From assembly GCF_000011805.1 (NCBI RefSeq), contig NC_006840.2: DNA of 32,000 nucleotides, one strand, 5' to 3'. Positions 1-9,843 of the stretch are shown piece by piece. Position 1 is the first letter of the stretch. Each line of letters opens with the position of its first letter. The notes under the pieces were generated by a model. It was not told the origin of the DNA. It saw only the letters and a program-made list of their open reading frames with translations, and ran no database searches. The stretch comes from Aliivibrio fischeri ES114. GTDB lineage: Bacteria > Pseudomonadota > Gammaproteobacteria > Enterobacterales > Vibrionaceae. The position numbers and the translations under genes are program-made.

Positions 1-4
1 GGTC

Positions 5-661
5 ATGACTCAAGACGAGATGAAAAAAGCAGCTGGTTGGGCAGCGTTAGAATACGTAGAAGCTGGCAGCATTGTTGGTGTGGGTACAGGTTCAACCGTA
101 AACCATTTCATCGACGCACTTGCGACCATGAAGAATGAAATTAAAGGCGCAGTATCAAGCTCAGTAGCTTCAACAGAGAAGTTAAAAGAACTGGGTATTG
201 AAGTTTTTGATTGTAATGATGTTGCAGGCCTTGATGTTTATGTTGATGGTGCCGACGAAATTAACGGCAAGAATGAAATGATTAAAGGCGGCGGCGCTGC
301 TCTTACTCGTGAAAAAATCGTTGCTGCAATTTCTGATAAATTTATCTGTATTGTTGATGACACAAAGCAAGTTGATGTTTTAGGTCAATTCCCACTTCCT
401 GTTGAAGTTATTCCAATGGCTCGCTCTTATGTTGCTCGTGAGTTAGTTAAATTAGGTGGCGATCCTGCATACCGTGAAGGCGTAATTACCGATAATGGTA
501 ATGTGATCCTTGATGTTCACGGTATGAAAATTACAGATGCAAAAGATCTAGAAGATAAAATCAATGCTCTTCCAGGCGTAGTAACTGTAGGTTTATTTGC
601 ACACCGCGGTGCAGATGTCCTATTAGTAGGGGCTCCAGAAGGCGTTAAGAAGTTCGACTAA
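5..661 (+). CDS. rpiA: Ribose-5-phosphate isomerase A
   Basis: 218-aa ORF with [15 protein letters not shown] and [10 protein letters not shown] motifs typical of RpiA; followed by serA as in enterobacteria and vibrios. Confidence 0.97.
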   Translation: MTQDEMKKAAGWAALEYVEAGSIVGVGTGSTVNHFIDALATMKNEIKGAVSSSVASTEKLKELGIEVFDCNDVAGLDVYVDGADEINGKNEMIKGGGAALTREKIVAAISDKFICIVDDTKQVDVLGQFPLPVEVIPMARSYVARELVKLGGDPAYREGVITDNGNVILDVHGMKITDAKDLEDKINALPGVVTVGLFAHRGADVLLVGAPEGVKKFD

Positions 662-722
662 ATAACTACCTTAACTTAATGTTCCCTTATTTAAGAGGGA
701 GCAAAAATGTTATTTCATTACA

Positions 723-750
723 AACGGTGCTCATTAGCACCGTTTTTTAT
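723..750 (+). terminator. Rho-independent terminator downstream of rpiA
   Basis: AACGGTGCT-catt-AGCACCGTT hairpin followed by a T-run. Confidence 0.85.
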
Positions 751-855
751 TAACTATTCCGTAATTTTCTTACCCAAACTGATTATTTTTTGATACTTTA
801 TAATCAGCAAGCAATAAATCACATCATAATTTTGTTTTTAAGGATAAGAACGACC

Positions 856-2085
856 ATGGCAAAAGTATCTCTGGAAAAAGAAAAAATCAAAATTCTTCTT
901 TTAGAAGGATTGCATCCATCTTGTGTTGAAGTTTTCCAAGCAGATGGTTACACCAATATTGAATACCACAAAGGTTCACTCTCTGAAGAAGAACTCTTAG
1001 AAGCAGTAAAAGACGTTCATTTTATTGGTCTTCGCTCCCGCACTCAATTAACACAAGAAGTATTTGAGGCTGCAAACAAATTGGTTGCTGTTGGTTGTTT
1101 CTGTATCGGTACAAACCAAGTTGATTTAAAAGCAGCCGCAAAGCGTGGTATTCCAGTATTCAATGCTCCTTTCTCTAATACTCGAAGCGTTGCTGAATTA
1201 GTTTTAGGTCAAATTCTACTATTACTTCGTGGTATCCCAGAAAAGAATGCATTAGCACACCGTGGTATTTGGAAAAAAAGTGCTGACGCTTCTTTTGAAG
1301 CTCGAGGCAAACGTTTGGGTATCATAGGTTATGGACATATCGGTACACAATTAGGCATTTTAGCTGAAAACCTAGGTATGCGAGTTTATTACTACGATAT
1401 CGAAAATAAACTTTCTCTAGGTAACGCAACTCAAATCCCAACCATGAGTGAATTATTAAATAAGTGTGATGTGATCTCTCTACATGTTCCTGAAACAGCT
1501 GGAACAAAAGACATGATGGGTGCAGAAGAATTTGCTCGTATGAAACCAGGGGCTATCTTTATTAACGCTGCACGTGGAACTGTTGTAAAAATTCAAGATC
1601 TATGTGACGCATTAGAGTCTGGGCATTTAGGTGGCGCAGCGGTTGATGTGTTCCCTGTAGAACCAAAAACAAACGCTGACCCATTTGAGTCACCATTACA
1701 AAAGTTTGATAATGTAATCTTAACGCCGCATGTTGGGGGGTCTACTCAAGAAGCTCAAGAAAACATTGGGGTTGAAGTTGCGGGTAAACTAACAAAATAC
1801 TCAGATAATGGTTCAACATTATCATCAGTTAACTTCCCTGAAGTGTCACTTCCTGAACATACTGATACATCACGTTTATTGCATATCCATGAAAACCGTC
1901 CAGGTATTCTAACTCAAATAAACAGTATTTTTGCTAATGAAGGCATTAACATTGCAGCTCAATACTTACAAACATCAGCAGATATGGGCTATGTTGTTAT
2001 TGATGTTGAAACCGCACGAGCTGAAGAAGCTCTGGTTCAACTAAAAGCAATTGAAGGCACTATCCGCGCTCGAATTCTTCATTAA
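856..2085 (+). CDS. serA: D-3-phosphoglycerate dehydrogenase (start chosen at ATG 856 rather than the track start at 790)
   Basis: 409 aa from MAKVSLEKEKIK; GRLGIIGYGHIGTQLG NAD-binding motif, HVP and TPHVGGST motifs, C-terminal ACT domain; AAGGATAAG ribosome-binding region upstream of 856. Confidence 0.95.
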   Translation: MAKVSLEKEKIKILLLEGLHPSCVEVFQADGYTNIEYHKGSLSEEELLEAVKDVHFIGLRSRTQLTQEVFEAANKLVAVGCFCIGTNQVDLKAAAKRGIPVFNAPFSNTRSVAELVLGQILLLLRGIPEKNALAHRGIWKKSADASFEARGKRLGIIGYGHIGTQLGILAENLGMRVYYYDIENKLSLGNATQIPTMSELLNKCDVISLHVPETAGTKDMMGAEEFARMKPGAIFINAARGTVVKIQDLCDALESGHLGGAAVDVFPVEPKTNADPFESPLQKFDNVILTPHVGGSTQEAQENIGVEVAGKLTKYSDNGSTLSSVNFPEVSLPEHTDTSRLLHIHENRPGILTQINSIFANEGINIAAQYLQTSADMGYVVIDVETARAEEALVQLKAIEGTIRARILH

Positions 2086-2096
2086 GATAAATAAAA

Positions 2097-2126
2097 AATG
2101 GGCAGCTTAATTAGCTGCCCATTTTA
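2097..2126 (+). terminator. Terminator between serA and the convergent SIMPL-domain gene
   Basis: GGGCAGCT-taatt-AGCTGCCC hairpin followed by a T-rich stretch. Confidence 0.75.
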
Positions 2127-2145
2127 TTCATATTAAATAATGTAA

Positions 2146-2838
2146 TCAGTTAAGTCGATATACAACAGATACAGAGTCAGAAATCACCATTTGGTTATCC
2201 TGATAACTTTCAGCTGTATTTGCAGCGCTATCCATCGCCATGCTTCTCATTAGCACAGGTTGGCTGTAATTATTATGATATGAAACCTTCCAAACCCCTT
2301 TAACTGAAGTTCCAAATCCTTTAGCTAAAGATGCCGCTTTTTCATTCGCATCTTTAATCGCTTCTAAACGAGCCGCTTCAATGTATTGCTTTTCTTTGCT
2401 TGTTTTTAATTCAATATGGTTAATACGATTAATCCCCTCACCCAAGGCTTTATCTAAATAACCATTCAATTTATTTAAATCCATTACAGTAACGGTAATA
2501 TTTCGAGTGGCTTTATAACCAACAAGCTCTGGCTTTTTACCTTTTGGATAACGGTATTCAGGGGTTAAACGAATATTACCACTATTAATATTCTCACGTT
2601 TAACGCCTTGTACTTCTAAGCGAGCTAAAAATCCAGTTACTGCTTTATCCGCAGCCTGTTTCGCTTTTTCTGCTGTTGCTTTACTTTCAACGACATCAAC
2701 TGAGAACTGAGCCATATCTGGTACAACAAAAACCTCACCTTTACCAGAGACTTCTAGGTGAGGAAAATCTGGTGATGCAGCCATTGCTACAGGCGTTAAG
2801 AAAGCTGATAAACATAAAACACTTATTATTTTTTTCAT
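2146..2838 (-). CDS. SIMPL domain periplasmic protein (YggE-like oxidative stress defence protein)
   Basis: Signal peptide MKKIISVLCLSAFLTPVAMA; PHLEVSGKGEVFVVPDMAQFSVDV and GYKATRNITVTVMDL are typical of the SIMPL/DUF541 family. Confidence 0.88.
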   Translation of the reverse strand: MKKIISVLCLSAFLTPVAMAASPDFPHLEVSGKGEVFVVPDMAQFSVDVVESKATAEKAKQAADKAVTGFLARLEVQGVKRENINSGNIRLTPEYRYPKGKKPELVGYKATRNITVTVMDLNKLNGYLDKALGEGINRINHIELKTSKEKQYIEAARLEAIKDANEKAASLAKGFGTSVKGVWKVSYHNNYSQPVLMRSMAMDSAANTAESYQDNQMVISDSVSVVYRLN

Positions 2839-2920
2839 TTTTTATTCTCAAGATAATGTCATATTGCTATGACTCTAATAACAGCAAATAATTCCTTATC
2901 ATTATGCATGTTAAGGCAAA

Positions 2921-2946
2921 AAAAATGCTACCCGAAGGTAGCATTT
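2921..2946 (-). terminator. Terminator downstream of mscS
   Basis: AAATGCTACC-cgaa-GGTAGCATTT hairpin; A-run on the + strand side equals a U-run in the minus-strand transcript. Confidence 0.8.
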
Positions 2947-2968
2947 AATATTTTGATTTAAATAAAAA

Positions 2969-3829
2969 TTAATCTACTTTATTTAAATGAACATCCATTT
3001 GTGGGAATGGGATCTCAATACCTTCATTATCTAGGCCTTCTTTAATCGCTTGAAGCGTATCAAAGTAAACATCCCAATACTCAGCAGTTTTACACCACGG
3101 GCGAACAACAAAGTTTACAGATGAATCAGCTAGAGCAACAACACCAACCGTTGGAGCAGGTGTTTTCAATACACGAGGATCTGACTCAAGTACTTTTGTA
3201 ATGACTTCTTTTGTTTTCTTAAGATCCGCACTATAAGAAACACCAATAACATGATCTACACGACGCGTTGCATGGCGAGAATAGTTTGTAATTGGGCTAC
3301 CAATAACACCACCATTTGGTACTACAACCATTTTGTTATCAGGTGTAGTTAGGATCGTTTGGAAAATTTGAATTGAATCAACTGACCCCGCAACACCACC
3401 AATCTCAACATAATCGCCAGATTTAAATGGACGGAAAGCAACAATCAATACACCAGCTGCAAAGTTTGATAGAGAGCCTTGAAGCGCTAAACCAACCGCT
3501 AAACCAGCCGCACCAATCACAGCAACAACCGATGCTGTTTGTACGCCAACTTTACCTAATGCAGCAATTAATACGATGATGAATAAAAGGTAACGAACAA
3601 GAGTGTGAACAAAGTCAACAACCGCTTTATCCATCTTTTTCTTTTTAAGTACGTTACTTACACTGTTCGCTACTTTTTTTACGATAATGTTACCGATAAA
3701 AAGAATCGCGAGAGCTGAAATAATGTTTACACCATAAGTAATAAACAATTCAGTATTATCTGTTAGCCAATGCTCTAAGTTAGCTACGCCAGTTGTAGCT
3801 AAATCAGTTACAGCGCCTTGATCTGCCAT
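2969..3829 (-). CDS. mscS: Small-conductance mechanosensitive channel
   Basis: 286 aa; VGAAGLAVGLALQGSLSNFAAGVLIVAFRPFKSGDYVEIGG matches the MscS TM3/beta-domain signature. Confidence 0.93.
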   Translation of the reverse strand: MADQGAVTDLATTGVANLEHWLTDNTELFITYGVNIISALAILFIGNIIVKKVANSVSNVLKKKKMDKAVVDFVHTLVRYLLFIIVLIAALGKVGVQTASVVAVIGAAGLAVGLALQGSLSNFAAGVLIVAFRPFKSGDYVEIGGVAGSVDSIQIFQTILTTPDNKMVVVPNGGVIGSPITNYSRHATRRVDHVIGVSYSADLKKTKEVITKVLESDPRVLKTPAPTVGVVALADSSVNFVVRPWCKTAEYWDVYFDTLQAIKEGLDNEGIEIPFPQMDVHLNKVD

Positions 3830-4069
3830 TTGATTTGTCCTTTTATAGTTATTCTCAAAAAATTGAGAGGGTTGCCATTATTTTGACATTACGCCGATTT
3901 TAACACTTTCTGTGTTAACTTGGGGGTAAAATCCATTTTAAAACCTGATTATTTCACTACTTTCTCTTCTATAAGAAGCTGAAAAAGTTTAAATTACAAC
4001 CACCTAGTTAATATAACCAGTTAAACACAAATGTGAAACACTTTATTGACATTTCATTTATTAAAATAT

Positions 4070-4849
4070 TTATTTATTCTGCTCTTCTCGCTTAAAGACT
4101 AACGTCGTTGCTGTTGATTCCGCCTCAACAAAGTAATATCCATCACTATCAAAACTCTTTAGTTCTTCAACATTAGAAATCTTATTTTGAATAATAAAGC
4201 GAGCCATTAATCCACGAGCTTTTTTCGCATAAAAACTAATAATTTTATACTGTCCATTTTTGCAATCTTTAAATACAGGAGTAACAATATCTGCTTTTAG
4301 CTCCTTTGGCTTAACCGATTTAAAGTACTCATTAGATGCTAAATTAACTAGTGTTTCAGAACCTTGAGCTTCTAACTCTTGGTTAAGTTTATTGGTGATT
4401 AAACTTCCCCAAAATTGATACAAATTTGAACCTCGCCCATTTTCAAGTTTAGTTCCCATTTCAAGACGATAAGGCTGCATTAAATCCAGTGGCTTTAATA
4501 GTCCATACAAGCCAGATAACATTCTCAAATTGGTTTGAGCGTACTCAATCTCACTCTCACTCAAACTGTTCGCATCTAAACCTGTGTATACATCCCCTTT
4601 AAAAGCAAATAAGGCAGGTCGAGCATTCTCTTGAGTAAACGTCGTTGACCACTCTTCAAAGCGAACAGCATTTAAACTGGCAATTTTATCACTTACTTTC
4701 ATTAACTTAGCGATATCAACAGGCGTTAATGTTCTGCATGCCTTAATTAACTCAGCCGAATCTGAAATGAAATCAGGTTGAGTAAAAGCAGATGTTGGTA
4801 GCGGTGTTTCATAATCGAGTGTTTTTGCTGGAGAAACCACAATAAGCAT
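4070..4849 (-). CDS. yaaA: Peroxide stress protein YaaA (DUF328/UPF0246)
   Basis: [19 protein letters not shown]-terminus, [51 protein letters not shown]; start set at the conserved [10 protein letters not shown]. Confidence 0.92.
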   Translation of the reverse strand: MLIVVSPAKTLDYETPLPTSAFTQPDFISDSAELIKACRTLTPVDIAKLMKVSDKIASLNAVRFEEWSTTFTQENARPALFAFKGDVYTGLDANSLSESEIEYAQTNLRMLSGLYGLLKPLDLMQPYRLEMGTKLENGRGSNLYQFWGSLITNKLNQELEAQGSETLVNLASNEYFKSVKPKELKADIVTPVFKDCKNGQYKIISFYAKKARGLMARFIIQNKISNVEELKSFDSDGYYFVEAESTATTLVFKREEQNK

Positions 4850-4907
4850 GAGCAAGATATCCCTTTGTATTTTTATATATACAAGATATTAACGATTCAA
4901 ATAAAAA

Positions 4908-4933
4908 AAAGCCACGCTCGAATGCATGGCTTT
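4908..4933 (-). terminator. Probable terminator downstream of the alanine/sodium symporter gene
   Basis: AAAGCCA ... TGGCTTT inverted repeat with an A-run (U-run on the minus transcript). Confidence 0.5.
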
Positions 4934-4963
4934 ATCTATTTATTTGATGGGCAAAAACAATGA

Positions 4964-6397
4964 CTATTTTTGCTCTTTTGTATTATCCCAAATCCCTTCC
5001 TCTAATTGAGAGTGAAGCTCTGGATAATCTTTACTATCAAAGGTAGGTAATTTACCTTCTTTAAGTTGCTTATTATAATCTTTAGCAAGCTTAATCACGG
5101 TTCCTGACAGCAATGCGATAGCTATTAAGTTTACAATTGCCATTAATCCCATTGATACGTCCGCTAATGCCCATACAGTAGGTAATGAGGATAACGCTCC
5201 AAACATCACCATACCCAGAACGATCACTCGGAAAATACCAATGCCCGCTTTATGATTATGTTCTAAGAAGATTAAATTCGTTTCTGCATAAGAGTAGTTG
5301 GCAATAATCGAAGTAAAAGCGAAAAAGAAAATCGCTACAGCAACAAAAATACCGCCCCAATCACCAACTTGACTTGTTAATGCTAACTGAGTTAATTCAA
5401 TACCCGTGACTTCACCATGAGGAACATACTCACCAGACATTAAAATGATAGCCACTGTCGCAGAACAAATCACAATTGTATCCATGAATACACCTAGCAT
5501 TTGCACATAACCTTGAGATGCTGGGTGCGGAGGATATGGTGTCGCAGATGCAGCAGCATTCGGAGCTGAACCCATACCGGCCTCATTCGAGAACAAACCA
5601 CGCTTAATACCATTAATCATAGCTTGAGCTATTGCATAACCTAAACCACCTGCGGCAGCTTCTTGTAGGCCAAATGCACTCTTGAATATCAAGCTAATCA
5701 CACTTGGTAGCTTTTCAATGTTGGTAAACATGATAAAGAAAGCAATTGCCAAGTAGGCTAAAGCCATTACTGGAACAACAATTTCAGCAGTACGTGCAAT
5801 TGTTCTAAATCCGCCAAAAATAACAACCGCAGATAAAATGACAATCGCAACACCAACATACAAAGGTTTCCAACCAAATGCAGTTTGCATTGCACCAACG
5901 ATAGAGTTGGCTTGAACAGCGTTAAATACAAGACCAAATGCGATGATTAAAAATACTGAAAAAAGCACGCCCATCCAGCGCATTCCAAGTCCCTTCTCCA
6001 TATAATAGGCAGGACCACCACGATAATTACCGTCATCGTCTTTGGTTTTATATAATTGCGCTAATGTGCTTTCTGCAAATGATGTTGCCATACCTAACAT
6101 CGCAATCAACCACATCCAAAAAATAGCACCTGGACCACCAGCGGTAAGCGCAACAGCTACCCCTGCCATGTTCCCGGTACCAACTCGAGCAGCTAAACTC
6201 GTACATAATGCTTGGAATGATGATATACCTGATGTGTCTGACTTTCGACTGTCCTTCAATACCGAAAACATATGTCCAAAATGGCGGAATTGAATAAAAC
6301 CTAATCGAACAGTGAAGTAGATACCGATAGCAACTAATAAATATACAAGTACTGAACCCCATAATAGGTCATTCAATAAATTAATAAGACTTGCCAC
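4964..6397 (-). CDS. Alanine/sodium symporter family protein (AGCS/AlsT)
   Basis: 477 aa multi-pass protein; GTGNMAGVAVALTAGGPGAIFWMW, NGIKRGLFSNEAGMGSAPNAAA and DTIVICSATVAIILMSG are AGCS hallmarks. Confidence 0.93.
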   Translation of the reverse strand: MASLINLLNDLLWGSVLVYLLVAIGIYFTVRLGFIQFRHFGHMFSVLKDSRKSDTSGISSFQALCTSLAARVGTGNMAGVAVALTAGGPGAIFWMWLIAMLGMATSFAESTLAQLYKTKDDDGNYRGGPAYYMEKGLGMRWMGVLFSVFLIIAFGLVFNAVQANSIVGAMQTAFGWKPLYVGVAIVILSAVVIFGGFRTIARTAEIVVPVMALAYLAIAFFIMFTNIEKLPSVISLIFKSAFGLQEAAAGGLGYAIAQAMINGIKRGLFSNEAGMGSAPNAAASATPYPPHPASQGYVQMLGVFMDTIVICSATVAIILMSGEYVPHGEVTGIELTQLALTSQVGDWGGIFVAVAIFFFAFTSIIANYSYAETNLIFLEHNHKAGIGIFRVIVLGMVMFGALSSLPTVWALADVSMGLMAIVNLIAIALLSGTVIKLAKDYNKQLKEGKLPTFDSKDYPELHSQLEEGIWDNTKEQK

Positions 6398-6547
6398 TTT
6401 TTCCCCTCAGTTACATTCGTAAAAACACATACACACTTAACTATTATTAAGTGTCCCCTTCTCGCTCTAATCTTAAGCTTACAATTCTATTAATTATGGG
6501 ATTAACCCTTTATTCACTTTCATGAATTATTTATGCATTCATGCCGC

Positions 6548-6685
6548 TTAAGATTGGCGTGCTGAATGATGATCAGTATTTGATAAAAAATCAATAGAAA
6601 ACACATGTACTGAGGGCGACACTTTTTCTACAACTTCAGAAAAAAGTGCAATAAAGGCAACAAATAGTACGCATATTAATGACAT
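6548..6685 (-). CDS. Candidate small hydrophobic protein (45 aa), unverified
   Basis: Own translation: MSLICVLFVAFIALFSEVVEKVSPSVHVFSIDFLSNTDHHSARQS*. Predicted N-terminal transmembrane stretch; no convincing Shine-Dalgarno seen. Not in the supplied track. Confidence 0.2.
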   Translation of the reverse strand: MSLICVLFVAFIALFSEVVEKVSPSVHVFSIDFLSNTDHHSARQS

Positions 6686-7114
6686 TTCAATCAACAAAAT
6701 CACAAAATAAGATTGGAATTATGAAAAATAAATACTCATGATTTAAATGAATGCTTAATAGAAAACAACAAGATACTTGATGCAATATTACCAATCATTT
6801 TTTAATACCTACCATAATAGCGAAACATCGTTTGCTAATAAACCGAATGACAGCAGATAACCTTCAGTATTCTTGTTAACAAAAATCAAACATAAAAAAT
6901 TTAGCTATCTTTTGATTTTTTATTACTTTATGACGCTCATTTTGAGTTTTAATCATCTATATATTGCATTTAAGTGATCGTTATCTCATAAAAAATTCAT
7001 AAAAAATCAACAAATGAGAAACAGTTCAAGGTCATAATCTATTCTCTATGATACTTAATAGCATGCTAAATGGATGGTTTTACTCTTTGTAATAATTAAT
7101 AAAATGAGGTGCTT

Positions 7115-7294
7115 ATGGATGGGTACACACTAAACGATATATTAGCAACGAAAACAACAACGACAAAAAAGAAGCAAGCCAAACGTCTATGGCGTGAGAT
7201 TGAAGAGATTCAAGATCGTCGTCAATTATTACATGAGCTTAAAGAGCTCGACCCTTTTTTCAACGGCAATCTAGACGATGTTTATCTAAAATAA
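7115..7294 (+). CDS. DUF3545 family small protein
   Basis: MDGYTLNDILATKTTTTKKKQAKRLWREIEEIQDRRQLLHELKELDPFFNGNLDDVYLK resembles the short vibrio/Shewanella DUF3545 proteins; AATGAGG upstream supports a start at 7109 or 7115. Confidence 0.75.
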   Translation: MDGYTLNDILATKTTTTKKKQAKRLWREIEEIQDRRQLLHELKELDPFFNGNLDDVYLK

Positions 7295-7299
7295 TCAAT

Positions 7300-7330
7300 A
7301 AAAAAGGAGAGTCTAGTGCTCTCCTTTTTT
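7300..7330 (+). terminator. Bidirectional terminator between the DUF3545 and hemerythrin genes
   Basis: AAAAAAGGAGAG-tctagtg-CTCTCCTTTTTT perfect hairpin. Confidence 0.88.
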
Positions 7331-7342
7331 ATGAAATGACCT

Positions 7343-7870
7343 TTACCTAACTTTTTTCGCTAATTCTCGATAACGTTTATCAACGGTCTCACCAAAAACA
7401 GGGTCATCCATTTCTTTCCATCCTTTCTCAAGGGCATCCCAATCGTCCGTTGTTAAGTGCGCTTTTAAAAAAGGAAAAATCTCTTGCTCTTCTTGTTCTA
7501 AATGATCTTTTATGCGTTTAGTAAATGCCTTCAAATGAGCTTTAAATATGTCTTTAGGCACAATGGCATCATTTAGAATCATATCAATCGTAATTGAAAA
7601 GTCTTCAGTATCTTGTGAAAGAGTATGATGCGCTTCAAGCAAATCACTTACCCCCTCATGTTTACCATAATGATCAATGTAATATTGATAAATCATATCT
7701 TCTTTAGGATGATGAGTTTTTTCAGCAAAAGAAGATAAATAATCAACACCTTCACGAATTACATTATAGTTAACTGTTTTTTCATCCTCTAAACGTTCCA
7801 ACTTACTATCAAGTAATTTCACAATACGATTTATGTATCCATGCTCCTTATAAATACTTTCAATAAGCAT
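7343..7870 (-). CDS. Hemerythrin domain-containing protein
   Basis: 175 aa with spaced HxxxE/H motifs: IYKEHGYI, HHPKEDMIYQY, EAHHTLS, LKAFTKRIKDHLEQEEQEIFP. Confidence 0.85.
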   Translation of the reverse strand: MLIESIYKEHGYINRIVKLLDSKLERLEDEKTVNYNVIREGVDYLSSFAEKTHHPKEDMIYQYYIDHYGKHEGVSDLLEAHHTLSQDTEDFSITIDMILNDAIVPKDIFKAHLKAFTKRIKDHLEQEEQEIFPFLKAHLTTDDWDALEKGWKEMDDPVFGETVDKRYRELAKKVR

Positions 7871-7959
7871 CCTGTCCTCCTTTACTTTGTAAACTATTAC
7901 AATAGATAAGTGTATATCATCAGTATGAGAGCACAGGATTTAGTTCAAATTTCATCCAG

Positions 7960-8634
7960 TTAACTTGATGTAACCGCTCCCCAATTGATTTCAGATAAGT
8001 TTTGCTTGCGTAATAATTCATTCGTTTGTGAAAAATGCTTACAACCAAAAAAACCACGATGTGCAGATAATGGAGATGGATGAGGTGCCTGAAGAATAAA
8101 ATGACGACTTGTATCAATATTCGCTCCTTTTTTCTGAGCGTGAGCCCCCCACAATAAAAAAATAACGCCTTCCATATCATCATTGATTTTTTTGATGATG
8201 GCATCCGTGAAGGTTTCCCAACCAAACTTGGCATGAGAATGAGCTTTTGCTTCCTCAACGGTCAGAACCGTGTTCAACAACAGCACCCCTTGTTCTGCCC
8301 ATGTTTTTAAATATCCATGTTCAGGAATAGTAAAACCGGGAATATCCTCAGCCAGTTCTTTATACATATTACGTAAAGAAGGAGGAATTTTTACTCCTGG
8401 TAACACAGAAAAGGACAAACCATGTGCTTGACCCTCTCCGTGATAAGGGTCTTGGCCAAGAATCACCACTTTAACGTCATGAAAAGGAGTTAAATCAAAC
8501 GCAGTAAAAATATGCTCTTCTTTTGGGAAAATAGATTTTCCAAGAGAACGTTGGGCATCAATCTTTTCCGACATAGACTGATAGTAAGCCTTCTTTTTTT
8601 CTGCTGATATAATAGAGTTCCAAGTTAATGCCAT
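7960..8634 (-). CDS. ung: Uracil-DNA glycosylase
   Basis: [44 protein letters not shown] and [21 protein letters not shown] are UDG family 1 motifs. Confidence 0.97.
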   Translation of the reverse strand: MALTWNSIISAEKKKAYYQSMSEKIDAQRSLGKSIFPKEEHIFTAFDLTPFHDVKVVILGQDPYHGEGQAHGLSFSVLPGVKIPPSLRNMYKELAEDIPGFTIPEHGYLKTWAEQGVLLLNTVLTVEEAKAHSHAKFGWETFTDAIIKKINDDMEGVIFLLWGAHAQKKGANIDTSRHFILQAPHPSPLSAHRGFFGCKHFSQTNELLRKQNLSEINWGAVTSS

Positions 8635-9481
8635 TATTTTTTCTCACTCAGCGTTCTTAATTGAGCTATCTCATCTTTCCAAATATCAGGATCAATCGTT
8701 TCCAAAACTAGCGGTATATTATTAAATCGGTCATCCTGCATAATATATTCAAAGCAATCCCAACCTATCGTTCCTTGTCCCAATGAATGATGGCGATCAA
8801 CTCGACTGCCTAATTCGATTTTGCATCATTGATATGCATACCTCGTAAATTTGAAGAACCAACAATACGTTCGAATTCAGCGAAAGTATGTTCACACGCT
8901 TCTTTTGAACTTAAATCGTATCCAGCAGCAAACGTATGGCAAGTATCAATGCAAATCCCTACTCGAGATTTATCTTCGACCTGTTCAATAATTTGAGCCA
9001 GTTGTTCAAATTTCCATCCCAAATTGGTTCCTTGCCCTGCCGTATTTTCAATAACAGCAACAACATCGGGAACCGCTTGGTGTGCAAAATTGATCGATTC
9101 AGCAATTAAAGATATACATTCATCTTCTGAAATTTTTTTCAAATGACTTCCTGGATGAAAATTTAATAACGTTAAACCAAGTTGATGGCAGCGCTCCATT
9201 TCATCAATAAAAGCCGCTCGTGATTTTTCAAGCTTCTCAGTTTCAGGCGCACCTAAATTAATTAAGTATGAGTCATGCGGTAGTATTTGCTCACTACTAA
9301 AGCCAAATCGCTTACAGTTAGCCTTAAAATCAGAGATGATTTTCTTTGTTAATGGTTTTGCTACCCATTGACGTTGGTTTTTTGTAAATAAAGCAAAGGC
9401 ATTAGCACCAATTTGATAAGCGCGTTTTGGCGCTTGATCAACACCACCTGCAGCAGATACATGCGCACCAATATATTTCAT
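8634..9481 (-). pseudogene. nfo: Endonuclease IV with an apparent 1-nt frameshift near the C-terminus (true frameshift or sequencing error)
   Basis: Frame 1 (8810-9481) encodes [21 protein letters not shown]...[10 protein letters not shown]. The shifted frame continues [59 protein letters not shown] down to 8634. The span is 848 nt, one short of a multiple of 3. Confidence 0.88.
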
Positions 9482-9745
9482 CTCTGTTATTTCCTTTCAA
9501 AATTTATTTCGTCTTATTATTACGGTAAACACTTTATTTGTCAGTACTTCTCTGCCCTACCTACAATTGGTTATATAAATCACAAATGAGGTAAATAGCT
9601 AATTTTGTAGTAAATTTACCACAAAACAGAAAAAGACAAATAAAACCAATAACCATAAAAAATGTGCTACAAGCAAGCTATATGGAACTTTATTGATTTA
9701 GGACAAGATTTTCAATCTGAATTAATTGAAAGTTTTTGTAGTTTT

Positions 9746-9759
9746 TTGACATATATCAA
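9746..9759 (+). promoter_or_regulatory. FNR-type binding site upstream of grcA
   Basis: TTGACATATATCAA matches the FNR consensus TTGAT-N4-ATCAA at 9/10 positions. It sits about 35 bp upstream (centre to centre) of a TATAAT at 9784-9789, as expected for a class II arrangement. Confidence 0.65.
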
Positions 9760-9783
9760 TATACAAAGTAAGGGTATCATGTA

Positions 9784-9789
9784 TATAAT
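9784..9789 (+). promoter_or_regulatory. Putative -10 element of the grcA promoter
   Basis: TATAAT, spaced for an FNR site centred near -41.5. Confidence 0.5.
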
Positions 9790-9843
9790 GTGACCCATAA
9801 GATATTTAGAAAATAACCACAAAGTGGACTAGGAGAAAGTAAA

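Noticed and set aside
182-370. Minus-strand ORF inside rpiA, with similar shadow ORFs at 1322-1507, 2676-2891, 6042-6293, 6048-6362, 7920-8258, 13244-13498, 13743-13952, 14941-15162, 17522-17707, 18099-18314, 21613-21828, 23695-23937, 24912-25127, 26557-26766, 26981-27208 and 27205-27426
   Set aside because: Antisense or alternate-frame ORFs overlapping well-supported conserved genes, with no recognisable domains.
9662-9793. 43-codon ORF (MCYKQAIWNFIDLGQDFQSELIESFC...) upstream of grcA
   Set aside because: No ribosome-binding site seen, and it overlaps the FNR box and -10 element; more likely chance in AT-rich promoter DNA.
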